56,846 nucleotides of DNA from Isurus oxyrinchus (Eukaryota). Where the stretch lies: assembly GCA_026770705.1 (NCBI GenBank), contig JANJGN010000189.1, positions 930,001 through 986,846 of the forward strand. Direction: 5' to 3'. Below, in pieces: positions 37,927-51,469 of this stretch. Positions within the stretch are counted from its first letter, which is position 1. Each line of letters opens with the position of its first letter. The notes below the pieces were generated by a model, which searched no databases, had not been told where the DNA came from, and worked only from the letters and a program-made list of their open reading frames with translations. Both the position numbers and the translations under genes were made by a program.

Positions 37927-38852
37927 TGTGATGTAAGTATAATAATTTTCATAATATTTTATAGTATATTGTGAAGTAGGTTTATGGGGGTACGCGTGAT
38001 GGGTCTGCATGTGATTTAAGTACATTTGGAGTTAATTAGATTGGAAGTTTAAAATGATCAAAAGGAGCTAGGTGCTTGACATGCTATTGAGGAAACATGG
38101 ATGCTGCTTAGCATGGAAGGTATGAAGAGAATTTGCATTTTTCTATCAATGAAGGGGTTGTTGGATTTCAAAGGAATCTTAGCTTGTTTACAACTAGCCA
38201 GATAAGCAAGACTAAGGAATGTGTTTATTTTTCTCAAAGGCTCCTGGCAATATGGGCACCACGAAAGAGTTTGTTATGTGGAAGATACAGTTTCAAAAAC
38301 ATATGGAACAATAGAATTTTCATGTTACAAAGAGAGAAATATATATCTATCAGGGAGAATGAAAGGCTATGTGTCAGAATGCCATGTAAGATCTAACACG
38401 AGTGTGTGATATAGTCTTAATGAAACCTCTAGCATTTGTGCACAAGCCTGCTATCCAACAGAACTGAAGTTGGGGAAAAGCCACTTGGAATTCCTCTGTG
38501 CAGGGTATTGCTTTTATATTGTGTTAACTTGCTGGGTTTGTTTTAAATATAAAGTCTATTTTTGGACCGTTGCCTTAAAGGGAGTGTAACTGGGAGTCAG
38601 TTTAATTCAGAATTTTAAGAATTATTATAGTGGTAATTGTAGAGTTATGTATGTGCTTCAAATCATTTATTTTGAGAGCAAGTATTTTAATTTAATTTTC
38701 AAATCGCTAAAGGTCTTTGTGTAATTATTGCTTCTGAATTCAGTGCACACATCTCATAATAAATACAAATTGCAAAATCATTATGATCATGTGACCATCT
38801 TTCTCTCATGAACTTGGTCTGCCTGGCACACATCACCTGCCAAGTGATAACA
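37927..38852 (+). mobile_element. Probable solo LTR
   Basis: TGTGATG...GATAACA termini, AT-rich with AATAAA near the 3' end; TSD imperfect. Confidence 0.5.
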
Positions 38853-38856
38853 CTGT

Positions 38857-40173
38857 TGTAATACGCCTTTCAGGGATAGCAGCATGACATCACTCGAGGG
38901 GAAGTGTGTCATGTGATTTTAGGAATTGGGTATAGCTTAAGTAAGTTCTATGTGTATTTGTGTTTGTTAGGGATAAGGCATATGTTTATGTTCAAGTTTA
39001 GTTTGATTTCTGTATTTGTGTGTTAAGAAAGGGGGAAACTTCAGTTTTGGTTTCATTTTCGTTTAGCAATCTAATGGGGTTTGATGTCTCTTGAAGGGAA
39101 GTCAAAACAAACACAATGTGTAAGAAACTGTGCTATTGCTAAGCAACAGTGATCCAGAGGGACGGACCCATAGAGACAGAGAAAAACAGAAATGTGCTTT
39201 CAGTTTGGTTGAAAGGAGTTGCCAGGAGAAGCAGCAAAGGAGCGGGACAGATAGTCAGTCCCAAAGTAAAGAAGAAGCCAAAACTATCGAGTGGAACAGG
39301 AGAAAGAGCCAAGAAGACCTTCTACTCCAAAGAAGATCAGGAATCTGAAAAAGGTCCTGTTAAGTCGAGATAAGATTGAGGAGCAGAGGAGGGATCCAAG
39401 CTAAAAGAGAAAAAGCAAAAGGACACAGACCTAAAGCAAAAAAGGCTGATTAGAAGCCAGAAGATCACAGGAGACAGCGAAATGTTGATGTCTTCTTACT
39501 ATGACCATGTGAAGCCATGGTGTTCCATTGGCATGACTGAGCATTGGAGAGACAATGCGTAGAAGGAAGGCTGAATGCATGTGGCGATCCAGGGGGCAGG
39601 AACATGGGAAGGAGAGTTTGAAATCGTGGAAGTGGACCCTTGTGGAAGGTCTCTGAGTGAAAGTGTCATGTTAGAGAAGATTCCAAAGAGAGCACTTGAC
39701 GAGTAGAGATTGGAAACTCTCATGTGAAAGATACAGTTTTGTAAGACCAGTTGCCTCATGGTGAAACAAGTGTCTGGAGTCAGTTGAGCTGAAACACATA
39801 GCATTTGTTCCAATTGGGGTCTATCACTTGGTTACAGAATGTGGTGTCCCTGACACCAGGTCGTCTATTGGTTTGCATGAACTGTGTACTTAGTGTGAAC
39901 ATGAGAGTATAAGATAGTTATTGTAACTTGTATTCTACTTATGAATCTGTAAATGTATAGGTCTGGGTGAAGGAGTAATGTAATTTGGTTTGTCTTTCCT
40001 AGTTTAATAAATGTTTTATTCTTTTGTTAGAAGGTCATCAGATGATTCCTGTGACTCTGTTCAGTAGCAGCACTCCACATTCCTAAATAAAAAATAAAAG
40101 TTAGGACCTATCAAGCTGAGTTCCACCCTGGGATCTGACTTGCCCAGTAGTAACATCAGCTGGGATGATAACA
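38857..40173 (+). mobile_element. Probable solo LTR
   Basis: TGTAAT...GATAACA termini, AATAAA near the 3' end; no clean TSD. Confidence 0.5.
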
Positions 40174-40399
40174 CCATCCAGTCCAAGTTTCACTTTGGCC
40201 TGTGAGCAGAACACAGCTCACACAGTTTGGCTGCAGGTGTCTCCCAGCTTTCTATCCTTGTACATCTGTTCTCATGTCCCCATTCTAAATAACTGAACCC
40301 ACAATGTATTTACCCAATTCCGTATCAGTGGCTGGTGCCTTTATATCATTATAAAAACACAACATGGTGATCAGCGGTGGCCAAACATTCTGGCCGCAA

Positions 40400-43300
40400 G
40401 ATTCAGTACAGGTATGACATGGTGAACAGCCTGAGATCGAGCTACATGACATGAGATGACCCTCGACGCTTTGGTCAGACCACAACAGAGACACAGCATC
40501 AGAGAGGGTTGAAATCGCAGTGTACTGACTCTCAGGAAACCTTTGAAGACACAGTGACGGGAAAGAGCTCAAGTAAAGAGCTGGGGAGCAGACGGATCCC
40601 TCGTGGTGGGATTACAGCACACGGCCTGTAGGTCAGTGAGTGGGATAGTGTGTATCGCCAGGACCAGCAGCGGGTTAGCTCAGTCAGGGAAGGCGAGTGA
40701 CCAGGGTGTGGGCTGGATCGATAGTGAGCGAGGGAGAGTCAAACACACAAAAACCATTATAAAAATCAGCCCAGAGAAGTTAGTGATTATAACGGGCGGC
40801 TTCGAGATTGCTGAACAGCAAATTGAATAAAAAACAAAGACTCCATTACTCCGTGGTGTGTTCCTGCCGCAACCCATCTTCGTGGGCGGAGCTTCGGAAA
40901 AGCACGTGAAAGGGGCTAAAGCGACACTCATCCCAGGTCCTGTAGGAGAAGGAAGGTCAAAGGAATATTGTCAGAATGTCCACAAAATTCCCCAGTTTGA
41001 ACTGGGATGTAGCTGACCGACTATCTGAATTCAGAATGTTTAAACAGCGTACAGAACTCTGGTTTCCTGATTCTGGTGTGACTGAACCAGACGAACCACC
41101 CATAAAAATTCACCTCGCGATTGGGAATGAAGGTCTACACAGGCTGAACACATCAGGATTAACAGCAGAAGAGCGAAAGGATCCCCAATAGACACGGACG
41201 GTATTGGAAGACAGGTTCAGAATCAGGTGAAACTCCAAATTCATCAACTAGAGTTTATGTCATTTCATCAGACTACACAATCCATAGACCACTTCATCAG
41301 CCGATGTAGAGAAAAGGGTACGCACTGTGATTTCAAACACAGAGCCTGCAGACAGAGTTGTTGAGTTGGCGATCGCATCCACTCCCATGGAAGCCTTCCA
41401 GAAAGATCTGCTAGATAAGACCAAAACCTATAGCATTGAAGAGCTACTCAAGGATGGACATAAATACGAAGTAATCCTCGCAGGTCAACGAAGCTTACAG
41501 GTCCTCAGTACAACATCAATTGTTGACACACTCACTAGCACATCCAAACCTAGTGAGACGTGTGGCAGGCACCAAGGAAATGCCCAGCTTTCCACCAATC
41601 CTGCAAGGCTTGTAGCAGAAAGGGCCATTGACAGCGGCAGGGCACTAGAGCAAAGGCTGATGCAGCTACAAAGAGCCGTGCGCTGATCCAAACAGACCCT
41701 ACACAACGGGGAACCTTCAAGCAATAAGAATGACCATCCGCTATCCCATCAGGAACATATACATGTGGTGACTGACAAGCCAGGAAATGGCGATGATGTG
41801 CATGACGAGACGAGGTGCGGTGATCGATATTCCACCTCTCACACATATCCTGACGTGGCTTGCCAATAAATTGTGGATTGTTGTCCTTAATGATATCTCT
41901 GGGCACATCAAAGAAACTGAAAATGTCCCATAGGTGTTAGATTTTCTGGCCCCACCCACTGCCAGGATTGTCCGGTCCGGCCGAAAGCCAATGGATTTAT
42001 ATTTGTCCCAATCTCCCACGGCAGGTCCCACCATGACTGGGCCGGAAAACCCCGGCTTAGAGTTTTTGCAACACTTGTGCTCAACGTATTGTGCAACTGT
42101 TGAACAATTTCACACCTATTACACCATCAATCTCATGGAGAACAGATGCCGTCACTTCACCCGCACTATTGGCCAAGATTCCAATTATCTGCCCTGAGAA
42201 AGTTTCTACCTCCCCTTTATTGGCCAAGATTGATACAGGGACAAGTGCCAACATTCCCCTCCCCCAGCCCACCCCAGCAAATTTTCAAAGACATATATCC
42301 AAGGACATGGAAGTCCATGGGGAAACCTACTGCTGTGTACAACACTTCACCAACTCCATGTGCAGAATCCATAGTCCTAGAGTGCAAGTACAATCAATCT
42401 TCCTGGGTGTCACAGATGTTCTACATCGTGCAGAATAAAGGCTGAGCAATTGCAAGTCTACCGGCATGCGGTGACCTCACACTAGTGACAATCCATGGAA
42501 TCTGTCAGACCTCACATGGGTCAACCTCAGAAACTACCCCATCACCTCAGTTCATTGACATAACATTGAAATATGCAGAAAGTTTCAACAATATTGGCAG
42601 TTTCAAGGGAGCTGCAACATTACACCTGCAGGAGAATGCAAGTCTGTCAATTGATCCAGTATATTTAGCACAACAGAAATGACAGCAGCTACAAAAGGGA
42701 ACAGTGAAAAATTCTACAGGAACTGGGGAAATATCATTGAAAGGGTGGCCTGATTCAGCTTGACCTCATCGGGATAAGTGAGGCATCTCCCAGGGAACCA
42801 TTTTTAATGGCAGGCAGGGCATCATACCGGAGCCTTTGTGATCCTATATTCTTCAACAACTTCATCCCTCACACATGGGCACAGATCAGACAAGGAGACT
42901 CACAAGAGATATACTCCCTGGCCGGTTATGAAGAATGACCTTGAAGTCGTTGTAGGGAAGTACGAGGCTTGTCAAGAGGATGAGCCAAGTCAGCACAAAG
43001 AACCACTGATTCCACAGGAAATTCCTGCCCATTCTTAGTCCAAAATCACATCTGAATCCTTTCATGTCCATGTCACTGACTTCATCATCATCGTCGACAG
43101 CTTTACCAGATATCCCATTATTCAAAAATAGCACAACACACCAAGCACAACTGGTGCACACACTCTAAGCACTATTTTCAGTTTATTTGGTGAGCCTAGG
43201 GACATGATTACAGATAATCTGGAATATCAATCACACTATTTCTTCTCCTCATTACCCCAGATCTAACAGCCTCGCTGAATGAATGATTCACACAGTGAAA

Positions 43301-44190
43301 TCCCTAATTCTCAAATGTAGACAGGCCAAGCAAGATCCACACATTGCAATGTTACATCTGAGATCGACACCTACAACTGCAACTTTGTTAAATTCATTCA
43401 TGGGATGTGGGAGTCACTGGCCAGGCCAGGATTTATTACCCATCCCTAATGTAAGAGTCAACCACATTGACGTGGAGTCTGGAGTCACATGTCGGCCAGA
43501 CAATTTTGTTCCCTAAACGGCACTGGTGAACCAGGTGGGATTTCCAACAATGGTTTTGTGGTCATCACTAGACTTTGAATTTCATCTTTTTATTAAATTC
43601 AAATTCCATCATCTATTATGACAGGATTTGAACCCATATGCTCAGGACATTACCCTGGGTGTCTGAATTACTCATCTAGCAACAATACCACTACACCATC
43701 ACCTCACCTTATTCCATCACTGACAGAGAGCATGTTTGGTGGGCCAGTAGTGACCAATTTCGCTATTCTTACCCATTCTACTCTCTCAGAAACCAGAGCA
43801 CAACTTTTAAAACTACAAGAGAAGATAAGGAATGTTCATGATAAAAATGGAGGTGCAGAGTTGCCAAGTTTACAGTTGGGACAAGTTCACATCCAGGATC
43901 CCACAGAAGGTTCATGACCACCAGCCGAGGTGACAAGGATTTGTTCAGAACCAAGGGCCTATGGAGTCAAACACACAAGGGCACAGCGGTGAGGCGGAAC
44001 CGAGGATAAATCAGATCCATTCCCGCTCCTATTCCATCGAGGAGAAGATCCCACATGAAATCAGGAACAACATCCAAGGGTGACAATCCCACAGATCACT
44101 GTGAGCAGTTAAAGACACCTCCAGACAAGGTAACCAGCACAAGATCTGGGTGGACCAGAAGGTCAAATCCACACTTTAGAGACTCAAATA
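40400..44190 (+). mobile_element. Degenerate Ty3/Gypsy internal region (gag, protease, integrase) in the leader-V intron, with a nested SINE at ~43395-43705
   Basis: MSTKFPSLNW..F.MFKQR (gag), AKIDTGTSAN (protease), IIIVDSFTRYP / PHYPRSNSLAE / TVKSLILKC (integrase); many stops. Confidence 0.85.
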
Positions 44191-45121
44191 TTCAACAGTT
44201 CCATACACTTATGTAATTGTCAATAAATATGAACATGATATGAGAAACCGCTTGCTCCCTATCCTTCTCAAAGATCCATTCCTGCAGCAGGAGCCTGAAG
44301 AGTTATTGAAAAGGGACTTAATTTATCGGATTGTCGAATGATCCGGAACAGAAGGAAGCCATTTGGCCCATCGAGCATGTGCTGGGCCTTTGAAAGATCT
44401 GTCCAATTAGTCCCACTCTCACCTCTGATCTCTCCCCCACAGCCCTGCAAAATGTCCCCTTCAAATCAAATCAAATGTATACAACATAATAAAGCCTCTG
44501 TGGACACTATACAATTATTTTGAAATCCAGCTTTTCTAAGCTCATTAAAGCTGTTTTCAGGTTTGAACTAGAGTTAGACAATCAGCCCAATGTTGCTTCA
44601 CAGAATGATTTGAAATTCATGGTGAGAATGGACAGGAAGTGTGACACTGAACAGCCTGTCTATTCTAGGAGCTGCTGTGTTGTCTTCATGGGAAATTCTT
44701 TTTAAAATCAGCAAAAGACACAAATTTCAGATTATTGCTATCAGGATCCTAGAACCTGGATAGATTTCATCCCCCAGTTTTTATCCCTGATTTTCAGCTC
44801 AACCCATCCCTCCCCATCTCTCACTGACCAACACCCGACATCACCTGAAGTTTAAGATTCTGCTCTCGCTGCTACAATTCTGCTAACCCTGTAACCTCCT
44901 CCAGCCCCTACAACCCTCTGAGATCTCTGCTCTCCTCCAATTCTGCTGTCATACAGGGAGTCAGTGTATATCAGTGAGCACAGGGGTGATGGGTGAATGG
45001 GACTTGGTATGAGTTTGTACACTGGCTCACTGCTGAATCAGTTCCCAGTCACAGCTCAATAAGAATGATCTTTTACGAAGACTATTGACCATAAATCTGT
45101 CCAAGCTGACGATGATATTAC

Positions 45122-45161
45122 CTTGGAAAAGTGACAGGAAGAAGTAAGATTTCCCGATCAT
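45122..45161 (-). CDS. Signal-peptide exon L2 (MIGKSYFFLSLFQ); whole exon 45122-45203
   Basis: Acceptor ctttctctttcag, ATG at 45161, phase-1 donor CAAG|GTAAT; in frame with every V exon. Confidence 0.82.
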
Positions 45162-45611
45162 TGTCCACTCATAGATATTCCATCAGCTTCTAACTCTGAA
45201 GTTCTGAAAGAGAAAGGAGTTAATGAGACTTCAACTCTTGTCCGACAGCTCTCGAGAGATCAGAACTGCTTTTAGACAATGTCTTCACAGACTAATTTGA
45301 TTCTCGGTGGGATGATAGATGCTCTGCAGAGAGTTACAAGGTTTTAAGGAAGAAAAACAATGAAGGATTTGCATTTCTATACAACCTTTCACCTCCTCAG
45401 GGCATCCCAAAGCTCATGTCACTCCACTTTCCTCGCCCCTTGAGCTAGAAAGATGTTCTGTATGACAGACTTGACCCTCACACCCAGATCTCAATAATCA
45501 TTAGAAATCTTTCAAAGGCATCAATCATTGGAGTCTGTCTTTATAAAGTCACAACATCAACAAAGGACGGTGTTGGTGGTGGAAGTGAATTCCAATCGTT
45601 CCGTTACTTAC

Positions 45612-45751
45612 CCAGGACCTGTCCGACTGCTCGCCTGGGGAGGAACTGCCCACACACTCTGCTAGGGCTGAATGACCTCTTCCTGTGCTGCTCCCTCTGT
45701 GTATTTAATTAGAAAGAGCTGATGTGTCACTGTGAGACAAAAAGAGGAAGT
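45612..45751 (-). promoter_or_regulatory. Candidate promoter 2 and non-coding exon 1
   Basis: Donor TGG|GTAAGT at 45612; PU.1/Spi-type AAAGAGGAAGT at 45741-45751; AT-rich TAATTAAATA between them. Confidence 0.55.
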
Positions 45752-46888
45752 TGGAACAAAGTGAGTGAACAGCACTTTGCTGTGCACTGTCAGTAAACCC
45801 TGTGTCTGTATAAGAATATAAGAACAGAACAAGTAGGATCAGCTGGACACCCTGATATTTTCATTCCCTATATTCCATCAACTCATTTTTTTATCTACTC
45901 ACTGAAACTATTTATCTCCCTCTGCAGCCTCTTTGTGTCCTCCTCACAACTTGCTTTCCTGCCCAGCTTATATATTTCCTACCTATCTTCACCATACAGT
46001 CAGAAAATCTGTCTACAGTACAGTCAGTCCCTTCATCCAAGTCACTAATGAAGATTGTGAATAGTTGAGGCTTTGAAATATCTGTCTAATTATTCCCACG
46101 CTCAGCTCTACTCTCTCCTCCAAAGCCCTGCAAAATGTCCCCTTCAAGTATTTATCCAGTTCCCCTTCTGAAAGTTCCTGTTGAATCTGCTTCCACCGCC
46201 CTTTCAGGCAGTGAGTCAATGGTCTCTCTCTGAGCTGCAAAGTGCTCAGATTCTGTGAAATTTAAACTCTGCAGCAGATCAGAGACACTCATGATAACTC
46301 AGAATATTTGACAGTTTTACACACAGACACCTTTGCCTTCCTTCTCTCTATCAGTTATCTTGCTCCCTTATTGAAGTATCTAGCAAGGTGAGAATGGACA
46401 GGAAGTGTGACACTGAACAGCCTGTCTATTCTAGGAGCTGCTGTGTTGTCTTCATGGGAAATTCTGTCCAATATCAGCAAAAGACACAAATTTCAGGATA
46501 TTGCCATCAGAGTCCTAGCACCTGGATATATTTCATCCCCCAGTTTTTATCCCTGACTTTCTGCTCAACCCATTACTCCCCGTCTCTCACTGACCAACAC
46601 CCGACATCACCTGAAGTTTAAGATTCTGCTCTAGCTGTTACAATCCTGCCTAATTGGGTAACTGTCTCCAGCCCCTACAACGCTCTGAGATCTCTATTCT
46701 TCTCCAATTCTGCTATCAGACAGGGAGTCAGTGTATATCAGTGAGCACAGGGGTGATGGGTGAATGGGACTTGGTGTGAGTTTGTACACTAGCTCACTGC
46801 TGAATCGGTTCCCTATCAGAGCTCAATAAGAATGCTATTTTACAAAGACTATTAACCATAAATCTGTCCAAGCTGACGATGATATTAC

Positions 46889-46928
46889 CTTGAAGAAGTG
46901 ACAGGAGGAAGTAAGATTTCCCGATCAT
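46889..46928 (-). CDS. Signal-peptide exon L1 (MIGKSYFLLSLLQ); whole exon 46889-46970
   Basis: Same structure as L2; ATG at 46928, phase-1 donor. Confidence 0.82.
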
Positions 46929-47364
46929 TGTCCACTCCCAGATATTCCATTAGCTTCTCACTCTCAAACTCTGAAAGAGAAAGGAGTTAATGAGACCTCA
47001 CCTCTTGTCCGACAGCTCTCGTGAGATCAGAACTGCTTTTAGACAAGACTTACTTGATTCTCCATGGGATGATAGGTGCTCTGCAGAGAGTTACTAAGCT
47101 TTCAGAAAGAAAAACTATGTAGGGTTTGCATTTCTGTAGCACCTATCACCACCTCAGTATGTCCCAAATCTCATGACCCTGCACTTCCCTCATCCCTTGA
47201 GCTAGAAAGATGTTCTGTACAACTTGAGCCTCACACCCAGATCTCAATAATCAGTAGAAATCTTTCAAAGGCATCAATCATTGGAATCTGTCTTTATAAA
47301 GTCACAACATCAACAAAGGACGGTGTTGGTGGTGGAAGTGAATTCCAATCGTTCCGTTACTTAC

Positions 47365-47504
47365 CCAGGACCTGTCCGACTGCTCGCCTGGGGAGTAACT
47401 GCCCACACGCTCTGCTTGGGCTGAATGACCTCTTCCTGTGCTGCTCCCTCTGTGTATTTAATTAGAAAGGGTTGATGTGTCACTGTGAGACAAAATGAGG
47501 AAGT
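47365..47504 (-). promoter_or_regulatory. Candidate promoter 1 and non-coding exon 1
   Basis: Donor at 47365; AAATGAGGAAGT (PU.1-like) at 47493-47504. Confidence 0.55.
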
Positions 47505-47669
47505 TGGAACAAAGTGAGAGAACAGCACTTTGCTGTGCACTGTCAGTAAACCCTGTGTCTGTATAAGAATATAAGAACAGAACAAGTAGGATCAGCTGGA
47601 CACCCTGATATTTTCATTCCTTATATTCCATCCACTCATTTTTTTGTCCCCTCTCTGAAACTATTAATC

Positions 47670-50520
47670 TCCCTCTGCAGCCTCTTTGTGTCCTCCTCAC
47701 AGCTTGCTTTCCTGCTCAGCTTATATATTTCCTACCTATCTTCACCACACAGTCAGAAAATCTGCCTACAGTATAGTCAGTCTCTTCATCCAAGTCACTA
47801 ATGTAGATTGTGAATAGTTGAGGCCTCAGCACTGATCCCTGTGGCTCTCCACTAGTTACAGTTTACCAAGCTGAAAATCACCCATTTATCCTGGCTCTCT
47901 GTTTCCTGTCAGTTAGCCAGTCCTCTATCCATATTAATATATCCGCCCCAACACCATCCAATTTCACCCTGTGCAGTATCCTTTGATGTGGCACCTTATC
48001 GAAAGCCTTTTGGAAATGCAATGTCATGAAGAGATATTTGTGTGTAAAATGTCCTTGGAAATTATTTTTTAAAATAGAATTCTAGTGGTGGTCCATGTAT
48101 AGGTGTGTGTCTGGGTGTGTCTTAATTGGATTAAAGCCAGCTGGTCTGTGTGCTTTGATGTTTAGTAGTTTTGAGATGTTAATTGGGTGAATTGTGAGGA
48201 GAACAGTTAAGTGTTCATTTGCAATTGTTGAATAAACCATTCCAGACTGGGGGTAAAATCTTGCACCTAGTTAGAAGAAACCAAAAGATGTGTTTTTTCT
48301 TGAACTTACTAATGAAATTGGTGCTATGAAAGGGGGTTTTATTGTTCGAAGAGCTGGAGTTCAGAAGACCGAGTGATACAATGGAAAATTTACATTCAAA
48401 GGGAAAGCTAGCTATATAAAGGAAGGAGTTTGTGTGTGTGAGGCAGGAGCGTTTCAGACCTAACCAGCCTGTAGCCTCCAACCAACTTCTAAAGGAACCT
48501 CATTCGGAATTCATAATGTCAAATGTGCTTTGCCTGGTGTCTACATTATGTCAATGGTTCATTGTTGCCTTAGGAGAGATTTATGTACGGGTGATTAATT
48601 GGGGGATTTGTTAAAATGTTATTATAGTAGTTATTTGTAGCCAATGTGTATGTGTTAAATTTGTTGTTAAATTAATAAATGGTTTATTTAGTTTTATATA
48701 AAAAACCCACAATCCTCGGTGGTCTTATTCCTACTGAATTCAAAGTCTTCATCTCGACATTACAAACAGCAAAATTGGGTTATGACAGTTGTTTCAATTT
48801 TCCCTCTGGGATTTGAACAACTCAGCCTTTACCCTTGGCTGTGTCATAGTCCCTAATACACCACATCTACAGGTTCCCCTTTATCCAATCCACTTGTTAC
48901 ATCCTCGAGGAAATCTAATTATTTTTTCAAACATGATATCCCTTTCACAAACCCATGTTGACTCTGTCTGATTGAATTATGGATTTCTAAATGTCCTGCT
49001 GCTCCCTCCTTCATAATGAATTCTGGTATTTTCCCAATGACAGATATTAGACTAACTGACCTGTAGTTTCTTGTTTTCTGCCTCCCCCCTTTATTGAACA
49101 GAAGTGTTTCATTTATGTTTTTCCAATCCACTGGGACCTTCCCATAATCTAAGGAATTCTGGAAGATTACAACCAATGCATCCACCGTCTCTGCAGCCAT
49201 TTCCTTTCAGACCCTCACATTCAGGCCGTCTGCTCCATGGGACTTGTCAGCATCTGTCTCATTAGTTTTCTTAATACTTTTTCTCTGGTGATAGTGATTG
49301 TTTTATGTTCCTCCCTCCTTGTTGCACCGTGACTTTCTCCTGCTATTGGGATGGTTTTAGAGATTTTTACTGTGAAGACAGACACAAAATTCTTGTTGAA
49401 AGTCTCTGTCATTTCCTTGTTTCCCATTATTAATTCCCCAGTCTGATTTTCTATGTGTCCCATTATTACTGTAGCTTCTCTCTTATTTTAATGTACAACA
49501 TCTCACTGTCCTTGTTTATGGTTCTTGCTAGTTTACTCTCATATCATCATTTCTGCCTCCTTATATTTCTCCCCTCACTTTTCTGGTTTCTCAAATATTC
49601 CCAATCTCCAGCCTATCACTCAGCATCCCAACATTGCCGGCTTTATCTCACAATTGGATACCGTCCTTAGCTTCCTGAGTTAGCCACCGATGCTCCATCC
49701 TTTTTATAGATTCTTTCTTTCTTACTGGAAAATATCTTCATTGGAATTTATGAAACATCTCTTTAGACGCCTATTACTCCTCATCTACACCCCCCCCCCC
49801 CCGCCACTTTAACCTGCTGTCCCACTCTACTTGGGCCGACTCTACTTTTAACCCTTGTAATTGCCTTTAGTTAAGTTTATGACACTAGCTTAAGAACCAA
49901 GTTTCTAAACTGAATATTAAATTTCAACACCGTATGATTACTCTTCCCTTGAGGGTCCTTTACAATGAGATGTTAATTAGTCTTGTCTCATTAAACATTG
50001 CCAGGACTAAAACAGCCTCTTCCCTGGTTGGTTCCATGTTGGATTGTTCTAAAATACTGTCCTGAATACAATCTGTATAACCTCGCTGAAAGCTACATTT
50101 GCTAATCTGATTTGGCTAATCCATATGACGATTGAAAACTCCCATGATTAATGTGGTGCCTTTCTCATAAACCTTCTCATGTATTGATTTATAATCTACC
50201 CCTGCAGTGTAACTACATTCAGGGGGGAGTATAAACCAACCCACCAGTGATTTCTTTCCCTTGCAATTCCTTATGTTCACCCAAACTGACTGTGCATCTT
50301 GACATCTGAGCCAAAATCATTTCTCACTACTTTACAGGTCTCATCTTTTATTAAGAGAGCTACCCCACCTCCTTTTCATTTTTCCTATCCTTTCAAAGAT
50401 TCCAAATATCCTTCAATTTTCAATTTCCAACCTTGGTCACTTTGCAACCAACTCTCTGCAGTGTCCATCTTATCGTACCCATTAATCTCTATTTGTGCTA
50501 TGACTTCATTCATTTGTTCC
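47670..50520 (-). mobile_element. Degenerate CR1 LINE ORF2 fragment
   Basis: IFQNSLDYGKVPVDWK..LFNKGGRQKTRNYRSVSLISV.GK..SQHGFVKG.SCL; interrupted by an LTR. Confidence 0.85.
48022..48850 (+). mobile_element. Solo LTR nested in CR1; same family as 52473-53230
   Basis: TGTCATG start; shares aattggattaaagccagc, aattaataaatg, ggtcttattcct and tttccctctgggattt with the second copy; CR1 sequence resumes after it. Confidence 0.7.
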
Positions 50521-51289
50521 AACTTTATATTTTATATATTCATTCTTCCATGGGAAGTGGGCATCACTGGCTAGGCCAGCATTTATGGCCCATCCTTAAT
50601 TACCTTGTGAAGGTGGTGGTGAGCTGCCTTCCGGACCCTCTGCAGTCCATGTGGTGTAGGTACACCCACAATGCTGTTAGAGAAGGAAGTCCAAGATTTT
50701 GACCCAGTGGCAGTGAAGGGACGGCGATATATTTCAAAATCAGGATGATGTGTGTCTTGGAGGCGAACTTCCAGGTGGTGGTGTCTGGGCATTTCAATCC
50801 CTTGTGACAATAAATGTAATATTATAGAAAATGCAAAGGCTTCTTGTAATCTATCACAGAATAAACAAGTTGCAGAATTCAGAAAGCACTTTCTGAAATG
50901 TCAACAAAGTTCAGTGACATCACATTTCTGCTAATTACTATTCGGCCATGTTGGCTGCACGCAGTCAGGCAGTCCCTCGGTTGTGATGTGTCCACACAGC
51001 AGTACTGGGATGCATCAGCATCAAAGGACATGCTTAGTTGTTGCCGTGCAATGCATTTATTGCGAGGCTGTTGCACACACGCCCTGTCGATGGACCCTCC
51101 GAATTACCATTCTGAATCGAGGCAAATCAACTTTCCTGCAACAACTTGCATTTATATGGCACACTTAATGTAACAAACTGTCCCAAATCTCTTCAGGGGA
51201 TTGTTACCTACATATAAATCCATCTCAGAGACACATAATGAGGTATTAGGGACAGGTGACAAAAAGCTGATTTCACAAAGCCAGTTAAT

Positions 51290-51469
51290 NNNNNNNNNNN
51301 NNNNNNNNNNNNNNNNNNNNNNNNNNNNNNNNNNNNNNNNNNNNNNNNNNNNNNNNNNNNNNNNNNNNNNNNNNNNNNNNNNNNNNNNNNNNNNNNNNNN
51401 NNNNNNNNNNNNNNNNNNNNNNNNNNNNNNNNNNNNNNNNNNNNNNNNNNNNNNNNNNNNNNNNNNNNN
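51290..51469. other. Assembly gap (N run)
   Basis: Run of n. Confidence 1.

Larger units (their letters stand above)
44621..47825. repeat. Tandem duplication of a ~1.45-kb promoter/5'UTR/leader block (44621-46070 and 46387-47825)
   Basis: Both copies begin ggtgagaatggacaggaagtgtgacactga and end at atagttgaggc. Confidence 0.95.
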
